A DNA stretch of 64,000 nucleotides, from assembly GCA_965662845.1 (NCBI GenBank), contig CBFIJD010000011.1, positions 1-64,000 of the forward strand, written 5' to 3'. Shown one piece after another: positions 13,301-20,978 of the stretch; within the stretch, counting starts at the first letter, position 1; the number at the start of each line of letters is the position of its first letter. The stretch comes from an uncultured bacterium. Its GTDB lineage: Bacteria > SAR324 > NAC60-12. A program made the position numbers and the translations under genes. The notes beneath the pieces are model-generated. The model had not been told where the DNA came from. It searched no databases and saw only the letters and a program-made list of their open reading frames with translations.

Positions 13301-14845
13301 TTGGGAGATGTGGTTGGTGCCTTTTAGCTCTCCAGCAATCATTGGCAGGCTCTCGATCACGCCGTCATAGAGCATGTCGAACAATAAGATGTTTTGAAAG
13401 TTTTGCTGCATGCTCTGGTTGACCTCAGGGACCAGCAAAATATCCAATAAAGTGGGGTTGTCGTGAACCTCGGAGAGGGTGGCTTCTTTGAGGTGTTCGT
13501 GCAGGAGCACCATGTTCTCGCGGGTGCTGTCTTTCCAAAAGTTGTAGAGGTGGAGCAGCACTTCCATGGTCAACTCTTCGAGCGCCTTCTCAAAGTTGTC
13601 GCGGGGGTCTCCTACGAAGAAGGCAAATAAGCGCGTGCGCTCTACGTCTCGCTCGGCTTTGGTCTCCAAGAACCGCTGGTAGCGCTTTTGGAGTTCTTCT
13701 TGATAGCGCAGCTCTACCGGCGATCGCAGCCACTTGTCGAACTTCTCGCGGCGTTCGCGCTGCTGCCGCTCTGCCAGTGTGCCGGTGGGGTCTTTGACCG
13801 TGCGATTGCTCAGGCGAGTGTAGTTGTGAATAGACTCACTTTGGAGGCGTTGCCGCAATTTCAGGCCACGCATGAAGCGATATGCGGCCCCGAACACGTT
13901 GAGCGTTCCCGTGGTCGGCTTGTGAGTCATCCGGTTGGCGACAATGGAAAGCTCGGACGGGTTCAAGTAGTGGTTGATGTTTTCCCGATAGTGCTCGAAC
14001 AGGAAGTCGTGCTCTTTGAGGAAGAGGCGGGAGTTGTTCTCGGTGGTTTCAATTGCCGAGAGGATCGCTTCACGCAGATTGTTGAGCTTGCTCGGCTGGT
14101 CTAAAGAAAAGTCGATGATGCCGTCAAAGTAGCCATTGGCATAGAGTTCATACGACGAGACGCCGATGTATTTGGCGCATTCTTGCCAAGAGAGGTTGTA
14201 TTTGCGCGCGATGTTGCTGAGTCCTTTGGGGTGGATGGTGTTGAAGACGCCATCTTTCGTGGAGAGCAGCATGTTGGTCGTCGCGAGCGGAATTGCTCCC
14301 CCGCTATATCCGGCCCCGAACACAACGCCAACGGTGGGCAGCTGCAAGTTGGCCATCTCGGATATGAAAAACGAGATGGCGTGGGACTGGTTGTCGAGAT
14401 TGGCCTCTGCGTTGGCCATCGCCCCGGGAGTGTCCATGAAGGTTACCAGTGGCATCGCATGGATCGCAAAGAAGCCCAGCTTCTCAGCGGCTTTGCGGTG
14501 ATGCTGAGGTTCCCAAGCCCCGTGCTGAGCGCGGAAGTTTTGAGCGATGAACCCGATCCGCCTTGGGCCTTCGGCCACTTGGAACTCGACCTCTGCCAAA
14601 TAGAGAGGGCCTTCGGCTTCCTCTTGAATGACATTGCCTCCCAGTTGTTGAATGACTTCCGGCGCGCTCATACGCTTCGGGTTTTCCGAAGGGCTCACGA
14701 CGCGTTGAATGTAGCTGTCTACATCGAGGCGACGGAGCCATTCGATCTGTTCATCAATTGCGCTCTGGGTCAACAGACCACGCATGGTCGAGTTATCAAA
14801 GTAGGCCGGGCGTTTGCCCGGTAAGAGTGAGAGGTCGTGAGACAT
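10370..14845 (-). CDS. Single-chain biotin-dependent acyl-CoA carboxylase (CT-alpha, helical linker, CT-beta, biotin carboxylase, BCCP)
   Basis: AccA-like MDTPGA and GYSGGA; AccD-like FQAGAF, SSAGMQTKEG, FAGQLV; BC motifs HPGIGFLSE, GGGGKG, EMNTRLQVEHPVSE, RINAE; biotinylation motif ESMKVF. Confidence 0.9.
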   Translation of the reverse strand: MSHDLSLLPGKRPAYFDNSTMRGLLTQSAIDEQIEWLRRLDVDSYIQRVVSPSENPKRMSAPEVIQQLGGNVIQEEAEGPLYLAEVEFQVAEGPRRIGFIAQNFRAQHGAWEPQHHRKAAEKLGFFAIHAMPLVTFMDTPGAMANAEANLDNQSHAISFFISEMANLQLPTVGVVFGAGYSGGAIPLATTNMLLSTKDGVFNTIHPKGLSNIARKYNLSWQECAKYIGVSSYELYANGYFDGIIDFSLDQPSKLNNLREAILSAIETTENNSRLFLKEHDFLFEHYRENINHYLNPSELSIVANRMTHKPTTGTLNVFGAAYRFMRGLKLRQRLQSESIHNYTRLSNRTVKDPTGTLAERQQRERREKFDKWLRSPVELRYQEELQKRYQRFLETKAERDVERTRLFAFFVGDPRDNFEKALEELTMEVLLHLYNFWKDSTRENMVLLHEHLKEATLSEVHDNPTLLDILLVPEVNQSMQQNFQNILLFDMLYDGVIESLPMIAGELKGTNHISQQSVEKLFENSLGIAMKEFEKVELQLESDWVRQQFFKWLASFIDMKSCDAVMGTISSWKRIVYPRMSPPLFGVVRYYFSGLLPSLYKAQQGDGKFNGKITPRNIGIKDFWNRLDQGYKDLLIQNLLREYKKQHIQPQQILEKYFTDFQELHAERITANPVNFPGFRQAVEQALDRGVVPCGVITGIGSFESETVQAKAGIVISNTRFQAGAFDMASCEKVCLLLDECAQRKLPVILFISSAGMQTKEGAGSLFSMAVMNDRLTRFVKDHDLPVICFGFRDCVGGAQASFVTHLLVKTYYLSGAQIPFAGQLVVESHLPAAATLANYLSAKEGTMDGLVQNPFDADIDAQLSAIDPSIPQAKLTIAEVIARTLTGEYHLSAEAQTEGLVQPELMQSAIKRVLIHARGCTAARLIQGAHDYGLEVVLVQSDPDMESYPTQLLQENDRVICLGGNTPQESYLNAMSVIRIAEQEEVDAIHPGIGFLSESPQYARICREHGLNFVGPRAGNMDLMGNKSNAINTAKRLEIPVVPGSEGALADPAEAQMVAEEIEFPVLIKAAHGGGGKGIAVVERPPQLESMFTRMSKEALNAFGNGDLYLEKFIRSMRHLEVQVLRDQHGNAKLLGIRDCSVQRNYQKLIEEAAFELPEAIRDELYQHTRKLVQEIDYIGAGTVEFIYDLTEQKVYFMEMNTRLQVEHPVSEMVTRVDLVRKQFGVAEGEDIADLDVQQDGHAMELRINAERVELDNSGKLKFVPDPGHVTEAYFPTDQKVRVVQAVAKGSVVSPYYDSLVAQIIAWGNTRDEVLDVLIDYLDRVRIHGISTNKVLAQLILQDSDFRRGEFDTNFLKGFLKRIDAQELIQKTKQESGSGLGSLDVNAIKFEDSDEWKVLSPQMGGFYRSPSPEAELLVEEGSVINLETPLCLLESMKVFTELSLGYYKTADGECLYPKDQQFRVTRILAEDQQTVNQGDLLFVLEPVMPN

Positions 14846-14940
14846 GGCCTCGGCGCGGCAAAAGGCCGAGAGTTTGCGGGATGCCTTGCGAGCAGACATA
14901 GCGGGGGGATGCATGCAGGTTGTGTGATGTAAGGGTTGGA

Positions 14941-15690
14941 TTACCAGGAGGGAAGATGAGCTTTCACCTCGTCCCAGAGTTCTTGGTAGGCCACAGCAGA
15001 TTTACTCTTGGCGGCGAAACCGGCCACCGGCGTGCGTTCGATGCCCATGCGCTCCACTTCGGTCGCGTAAGGAATGTGCGCTTTGAGGAAGTCTGGGTAT
15101 TTCTCCGGCAGCGCGTCCATCAAATCGCGGTGTAGCTGTTTGCGCCGATCGGCCATCGAGAAGAATACGAGCATCTTGAAATTTCGCAATTTGTTCTTGC
15201 GCTTGAACTCTAGCAATTGTCGCAGCGTCCGCAGTGAGAGCGAGGTCGGAATCACAGGCACCACGAGCACCTGTGCCGCGTTAAAGATGCTCTCAGAGAG
15301 CAGGGTCAGCCCAGGCGGACAGTCCAAGAATACATAGTCGTAGTCTGCCGCCAAAGGCGCCAGCAATTGCTTCAAGCGCTCCGTTGGATTTTTCGACCCA
15401 TCAAGGAGCAGATCCATCGTGCGATAAGAGAAGTCTGAGGGCAGCAAATCGAGGTTTTCAAAGTCAGTGCCTTTGATGAGCTCTGCAAGTTCACGTTGTC
15501 CTTGTAACAGCGCTTTGGAGCCGCCTTTGACCTTGGGGCGGATGCGAAAATAGAAGGTTGCTGCGCCCTGAGGATCGAGATCCCAGATCAAGGTGCGGGC
15601 GCCTTCGTGTGCAGAGAGATACGAAAGATTGACCGCGGTCGCCGTTTTGCCGACGCCGCCTTTGATGTTGTAGGAGGCAAGAATTTTCAT
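14941..15690 (-). CDS. ParA/MinD/CobQ-family ATPase
   Basis: Deviant Walker A KGGVGKT, DLDPQG, LDCPP. Confidence 0.9.
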   Translation of the reverse strand: MKILASYNIKGGVGKTATAVNLSYLSAHEGARTLIWDLDPQGAATFYFRIRPKVKGGSKALLQGQRELAELIKGTDFENLDLLPSDFSYRTMDLLLDGSKNPTERLKQLLAPLAADYDYVFLDCPPGLTLLSESIFNAAQVLVVPVIPTSLSLRTLRQLLEFKRKNKLRNFKMLVFFSMADRRKQLHRDLMDALPEKYPDFLKAHIPYATEVERMGIERTPVAGFAAKSKSAVAYQELWDEVKAHLPSW

Positions 15691-17273
15691 GAGGCATTTC
15701 CTTCGACCGTGTTGTTCTTAAAGAGCTGCTGGCACTTCTGGCGATATTTCGCGGAGGCAAATTCATGGAATCGTTCTCGAAACTCGTGGCGAGATTGATG
15801 TTTGCGCTGGTGCAGCTCGCCCACGAGCATCCCCATGGCGAGGAGAGTGTCGACCGGCGTTTGCGCTTGCTCTGCCAGCATTTTGCTGTAGTGCGCTAAG
15901 GACTCCTGCTGCACGGAGCAGTCATTGAATTCGCCTAAATTTTCTTGCAGCACTTTTAAGGTTTTCACCACGCTCTGCAGCTCTTTCGAAGGAAAAAGAC
16001 TGGAGAAAAACTCAAGCAAGTATCGGAACTTTTTGCAGGTCTTTCGGAGCTCGTGTAGGGCTTCGTCTGGCGAGTCGTCTTCGATGGCTTGGCCTTGTTG
16101 CACACACTTGCGGTAGCTCTGCCACAGCTGCTCCGTTGCGCTCTGCCAGACGGCTTGGGCGCCCATGGCGGTGCTGGACTCTTCCTTCTCGTCTAAGAAC
16201 TCATCCCAGCGCTTGCGAAAGTCTTGATATCTCTCCGACTGCAGCGCCTCGGCTAATTTCTGCTGTTCTTTCGTTTGTTCACTCTGCAACAGCGCGCGGA
16301 AGGGCTCCAAGCTGGCTCGTTGCTCTGCGGGGAGCTGGGCTTGGTAGCTGTTGAATTGCAAGAGATACACGTCCAAGTCGCGGGTTGGGCCGGTCATGTC
16401 GCTCAGCCACGAAAAGTCTTCGCGGAACGCAGCGATACGCTGCTTGGGGAAGGCGCCCCGTAACAGGTTCAACGCGGAGCGGGCGCGGCGACAGGAAACC
16501 CGATAATCGTGCAGAAATTCGGGGTCATGATCGGCGAGCGTGCCGGCTAGGTTTTGATCCATGATTTCGGTGCTAGCGCGCAAAATGGCGCGGAGGGATT
16601 GATCGGTGCGGTGTTGCGGTTTGAGCGTGACTTTCGGCTTAGCGGAATATCGCAGCGTTCCCCCCGGTTGCTTGCTGTGCGCGGCGACGAAGAGTTCTTC
16701 CACGACGTCGGGCAAGAAGAGTTTGTGGCGGCAGAACTCTAAGGCTTGTTTGAGCGGCTTCGGGTAGCCCTTCACAGGGATGACATAGAGCCGCAGATCA
16801 ATCGGTGGTGTAGACTCTTCTTCAGCTACTTGGAAGTGCGATGCTTCTGCAACCATCCGCAGAGTGGTTTTTTGGTCTTTGTTGACCCAAATCCACGGTT
16901 GGTGCTTCACGTCCAGCGTGAGGCGAGGCAGCAGCGCTCGCGGATGCAAGCGATCTGCGAGGAGCGTGCGCAGCGGTGTCTCAGGAAGTTCGCGGATGAT
17001 GCTGGGGAGCTCTGGCGCTCGACCGCGATGAATGATCTGGGTGCCGTCCAAACTGAGTAGGGTCAGCCAGCGGTCTTCGGAGTCCTCGGTGTTTTGCTCC
17101 AGACGCAAGACGCGGTCTTGCGCGTAGACGCGGCCATCAAACGTGTCGTAATACGTTAGCTTCCAATGCTGTAGGGGGGACGCTTGCAGGGAGAATTTTT
17201 TGAGCAGTTGCTCCTCTAAGTGGGACAGCAACTGCTCGTTGGGAATGCGGAATTGGTGTCGCGTCATCGACAT
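15687..17273 (-). CDS. CYTH-like plus CHAD-domain (polyphosphate-binding) protein
   Basis: N-terminal YYDTFD; CHAD signatures EFLHDYRVSCRRARS, RDLDV, LHELRKTCKKFRYLLE, LQENLGEFND; 4-bp ATGA overlap with the ParA gene. Confidence 0.88.
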   Translation of the reverse strand: MSMTRHQFRIPNEQLLSHLEEQLLKKFSLQASPLQHWKLTYYDTFDGRVYAQDRVLRLEQNTEDSEDRWLTLLSLDGTQIIHRGRAPELPSIIRELPETPLRTLLADRLHPRALLPRLTLDVKHQPWIWVNKDQKTTLRMVAEASHFQVAEEESTPPIDLRLYVIPVKGYPKPLKQALEFCRHKLFLPDVVEELFVAAHSKQPGGTLRYSAKPKVTLKPQHRTDQSLRAILRASTEIMDQNLAGTLADHDPEFLHDYRVSCRRARSALNLLRGAFPKQRIAAFREDFSWLSDMTGPTRDLDVYLLQFNSYQAQLPAEQRASLEPFRALLQSEQTKEQQKLAEALQSERYQDFRKRWDEFLDEKEESSTAMGAQAVWQSATEQLWQSYRKCVQQGQAIEDDSPDEALHELRKTCKKFRYLLEFFSSLFPSKELQSVVKTLKVLQENLGEFNDCSVQQESLAHYSKMLAEQAQTPVDTLLAMGMLVGELHQRKHQSRHEFRERFHEFASAKYRQKCQQLFKNNTVEGNAS

Positions 17274-17415
17274 GGCCCTCACGTTAAGTGCGATTCAATC
17301 CATGAACCGCGTAGTTAGAAAAGGCCAATACGCTATCAAAGAGACGCCCCAAAATCAAGGATTTTGAATATCTATTGAATATTTCTTTTGTATTTTAGGG
17401 GGCGTTGGGGTGCAA

Positions 17416-18501
17416 TTAGCTTGGATTGGAGAGCGCGAGTCGAAGGCAGCCACGAGAGTGAATGGGGCGTGTTCCACACGAAGAATACTCGACGAAAGCC
17501 TGCCAATGTATGGTGCCAAGGGGCAGCTGAAAAGAACCTTGAATGTGCTCTTGTTGCCGCTTCCACTGATGAGTCAAGGTTGCGTGCCAAGCCCGACGAG
17601 GCTCCTCGGGAAGTTCCAGCAACAGTTGAGGCCAACTCCAACTTGGAGTCGAGACCCCCAGCAGCCGCTGGGCGGTTTCAGAGAGCCAAAGTTGCTCTGT
17701 GTTGTGATCCCACGTCCAGACCCCGATGCCTTCCAGCCGCCCCAAGACCTCCAACATATCCTGTTGTTTGGCTTGCTGACGACGCAGTTCTACCTTGTCG
17801 TCTTCAGGAATGATGGTCGCCAAGAAGGTCAACTGCTGCCGGAACAGGAATTGCCAGACGGAGATTTCGCACTCATGCAGAGTGCCTTTGCGCGAGCGGA
17901 TCTGGACGGGGCGGCGCAGCACGTGGCCATGTTCATACACATCTTGGATGTGCTGTAAGGTGTCTTCGGTGTTGATGGCATAGTCAAACGGCGTGTTGCG
18001 CTGTAGCTCAGAGAAGCTCACATCTAGCAGCTCACAAGCAGCTCGATTTGCATAGACGAAGTGACCCGTCTCTACGCTGTTCGCTACAATCGGAACGTTG
18101 ATCGCGTCCAACAACTGTTGCCAAGCCTCATCCTCTTGAGGAAGAGGGAAGGTCTCTTGCGGGGCTAACATCACAAAGAGCAGCTCTTGGGCGCTGGTGT
18201 CATGAACGCGCCAGCTGTGCACTTCGAGGTGAGCGCGCATGCCACAGCCTTCTTTCACGGTCATACTCTCGGGGCGCTCTTCGACGCTACGCCAGCTCGC
18301 ACGGAGCCGATCTTGTTGAGACGGTTCAAACGCGTCTAGCAGGTTTCGTACGGGCAGAGCACGCTCGGCAAACCAGTGAGCTGCAGCAGGATTGCCCTGA
18401 ATCACGCCGCCATCCTCTCGCAAGACCAAGCAAGGTTGAGAGTGCAGGCGCAGCAGATGCTGCCAACTATTTTGCAATGCAGAGGGAGAAAGTGTGCTCA
18501 T
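17416..18501 (-). CDS. Multi-PAS-domain protein with no output domain
   Basis: GGVIQGNPAA, GHFVYANRAACELL and GVWTWD...WLSETAQRLLG mark three PAS-like starts. Confidence 0.7.
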   Translation of the reverse strand: MSTLSPSALQNSWQHLLRLHSQPCLVLREDGGVIQGNPAAAHWFAERALPVRNLLDAFEPSQQDRLRASWRSVEERPESMTVKEGCGMRAHLEVHSWRVHDTSAQELLFVMLAPQETFPLPQEDEAWQQLLDAINVPIVANSVETGHFVYANRAACELLDVSFSELQRNTPFDYAINTEDTLQHIQDVYEHGHVLRRPVQIRSRKGTLHECEISVWQFLFRQQLTFLATIIPEDDKVELRRQQAKQQDMLEVLGRLEGIGVWTWDHNTEQLWLSETAQRLLGVSTPSWSWPQLLLELPEEPRRAWHATLTHQWKRQQEHIQGSFQLPLGTIHWQAFVEYSSCGTRPIHSRGCLRLALSNPS

Positions 18502-18674
18502 GGGGATGTGCTTCGTAGAGGAAGATAATAGTTGCTTGAGTGATGATTCTTCAGAAAAAGCGCGACGCTCTGGCGAAGAGCGTGCTAACTTGGAGAGCCA
18601 TTTGTCGATTGGTTTGCTGGTTCACCCTCGGGAATAGATGTTCCCGACCAATGACTCCTCCGACTGGACGTGTT

Positions 18675-19184
18675 ATGGCTTTCAGCTTTCCCCGTGTCAA
18701 GGTTCCCGAGGTCTTTGCAAAGGCCAACTCCGGCTGGCGCGAACGACTCTTCAAGGCGGACAAAGAGTTCGCAAAGCGCCCCACAGGGGTCGTCCGGTTC
18801 GTCAAACTTGGCGACAGCGGAATGTACCGCGAGTGGATGCGGCGCTTCTACTCCACCCTGAGTGAGACCGACCTGCAGAAGCGCTTTGGGCGCGTCGTGA
18901 CCGCCGAGCAAGCGCTGGATCTTGTGAAAGGATTGCGGCACTTCGGCTTGATGCACCACTTTGAGTTTCGCAGCGAGCTGGTCGCTGTCGCCGATATTGT
19001 CCCCGAAGACGGAGAGCTGGGCATCGCGGTGCATCCGAAATATCGCAAGCTAGGCTACGGTGGATTCCTCCTAGACGAGATCCGCAAGGTCTATCCCGAC
19101 ACTATTCGCGTTTGTGTGTATGACACAAATGTGCACATGATTCGCTTCGCCCGCAAACACCAGCTGCCCCTAGAAATCATTTAG
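18675..19184 (+). CDS. GNAT-family N-acetyltransferase (Pat-like GNAT domain)
   Basis: ELGIAVHPKYRKLGYG (motif A), NVHMIRFARK; N-terminal RRFYSTLSETDLQKRF resembles protein acetyltransferase GNAT domains; start uncertain. Confidence 0.7.
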   Translation: MAFSFPRVKVPEVFAKANSGWRERLFKADKEFAKRPTGVVRFVKLGDSGMYREWMRRFYSTLSETDLQKRFGRVVTAEQALDLVKGLRHFGLMHHFEFRSELVAVADIVPEDGELGIAVHPKYRKLGYGGFLLDEIRKVYPDTIRVCVYDTNVHMIRFARKHQLPLEII

Positions 19185-19198
19185 CACCCTCTCCTTTT

Positions 19199-20017
19199 AT
19201 GCCAGAACTCCCCTCTGCCCTACAAAACGCTTGGCGACAAGCCGCGATCTCAGGACAAATCACAGCCCTCACGGGAGCCGGAATTTCCGCTGAGAGTGGC
19301 ATCCCCACATTTCGTGGGAAAGACGGCTATTGGACGGTCGGCTCCGCGGTGTACACTCCGACAGAAATGGCTACGATAGCGCGGTTTCGCGAGATCCCGT
19401 GGGACGTGTGGCACTGGTATCTTTATCGGTGCAACATCTGTCATAGCGCGAAGCCCAACGCAGGGCACGCGGCCCTCGTCGAATTAGAACAGCGCCTACA
19501 AGAGCGCTTCTGCCTGATCACCCAAAATGTGGACGGTTTGCACCTCGCCGCAGGCAGTTCTCCCGAACGAACCTATGAAATTCACGGCAATATCTCTTTT
19601 ATGCGCCGAGTGGATGAGGACAGGGCCCCGCTGGTGAGAATCCCCCCAGAGTGCCTCAAGGTCTCACAGGCAGAACCACTCTCCCAAGAAATCCGAAACC
19701 GGCTGCAAGATGCTGACGGCACTCTGATGCGTCCCCACGTGCTGTGGTTTGACGAATATTACAATGAGCATCACTTTCGGTTTCAGAGTTCGATTCAGCG
19801 GGCGCTGCAGACCGATGTGCTGGTGACGATCGGCACAACTGGAGCGACGAATCTTCCGCGTCAAATTGTTGCGCAGGTACTCGAGCGCGGCGGAACCGTG
19901 ATTGACATCAATCCGGAGGAGAACGTGTTTGCGACGATGGCGCAGCGGGAGGGTGGCTTTTTTCTGCAAGGAAGCAGCGGCGAGCTATTGCCGCGGTTGG
20001 TGGAGCTGCTCAAATAA
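19199..20017 (+). CDS. cobB: NAD-dependent protein deacylase (sirtuin, class III-like)
   Basis: TGAGISAESGIPTFRG, ITQNVDGLH, IHG, RPHVLWFDE, IGTT; YxxR (YLYR). Confidence 0.9.
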   Translation: MPELPSALQNAWRQAAISGQITALTGAGISAESGIPTFRGKDGYWTVGSAVYTPTEMATIARFREIPWDVWHWYLYRCNICHSAKPNAGHAALVELEQRLQERFCLITQNVDGLHLAAGSSPERTYEIHGNISFMRRVDEDRAPLVRIPPECLKVSQAEPLSQEIRNRLQDADGTLMRPHVLWFDEYYNEHHFRFQSSIQRALQTDVLVTIGTTGATNLPRQIVAQVLERGGTVIDINPEENVFATMAQREGGFFLQGSSGELLPRLVELLK

Positions 20018-20930
20018 GTTCGGCGAGCTGGCGCAGGCGTTTCTTCTCCAGTTCAGTTGCGAGATAGCGCGGCGCCCAAGCGACCAACTCTTTGACGTAA
20101 GATTCTGGGAACCCTAGGTGCTGAGCGGCTTTCGTGAAGTAGGCAAGCTCAGAGTCTACAATGCGACCATCCACCGCCGCCACACGGATCAAAAGCAGCA
20201 ACAGCTCAAAGGCTTTAGAGCGCTCTACCTCGATCTCCGGAAGCTCGGCCTGCTGTCGTTTGCGCAACAAATCAGCGATCATTTCGGTTTCTTCATGGGC
20301 TTCCATCGACTTGAGGAGACTCTCCAACAATTCGGCTTCTTCTGATTCCACAATCCCGTCTGCCAGCACGATGCTGCCTGCCGCCGCTAAAAACCACTGC
20401 CGCTCCTGCTCGGTCAACGAAGAGAGAAACAAGCTGTCTTGATCGGTTTTGAGAGAACGCTGTGTGGTAATCATGCGGGAGGTGTTCATGACCAAGCGGC
20501 GATGCAACCGTTGGTTGAGCGAGGTGATTTGATCGCTCATCCGATGAAGCGTGAGGTGGGTCGCGATGCGCATGCGGACTTCGTCTAGTTGCAGCGGTTT
20601 GGTGAGATAGTCTAACCCGCCCACTTCATAGCCTGTGCGTTTGTCTTCTGCTTCGCCCAGCGCCGTGAGAAAAATGACCGGAACTTCGCTCGTCAGCGGA
20701 TCTTCTTTGAGACGTTTGCAAGTGGTGTAGCCGTCAATGCCCGGCATCGTCACATCGATTAACATCAGTTCAGGTTGATGTTCACGTGCGAGATCCAGCC
20801 CCCGATAGCCGTTATTGGCAACCAAGACTTCATAGCCGTCGCTACGGAGCATGTTGGGTAACACGTCAGCGTCCTGCATGTTGTCATCCACAATCAAAAT
20901 GCGTCCCTGATAGTTGATCGCGTTCGGCAT
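20010..20930 (-). CDS. Response regulator receiver fused to a TerB-like domain
   Basis: ILIVDD, LIDVTMPGIDG, PVIFLT, DYLTKP; C-terminal ADGIVESEE and VDGRIVDSE TerB-like half-repeats. Confidence 0.8.
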   Translation of the reverse strand: MPNAINYQGRILIVDDNMQDADVLPNMLRSDGYEVLVANNGYRGLDLAREHQPELMLIDVTMPGIDGYTTCKRLKEDPLTSEVPVIFLTALGEAEDKRTGYEVGGLDYLTKPLQLDEVRMRIATHLTLHRMSDQITSLNQRLHRRLVMNTSRMITTQRSLKTDQDSLFLSSLTEQERQWFLAAAGSIVLADGIVESEEAELLESLLKSMEAHEETEMIADLLRKRQQAELPEIEVERSKAFELLLLLIRVAAVDGRIVDSELAYFTKAAQHLGFPESYVKELVAWAPRYLATELEKKRLRQLAELI

Positions 20931-20978
20931 AAGTTTTGTCTCAGAAAGGTAGGCTTAGCGGCGCGGAGAAGTGCGTGG

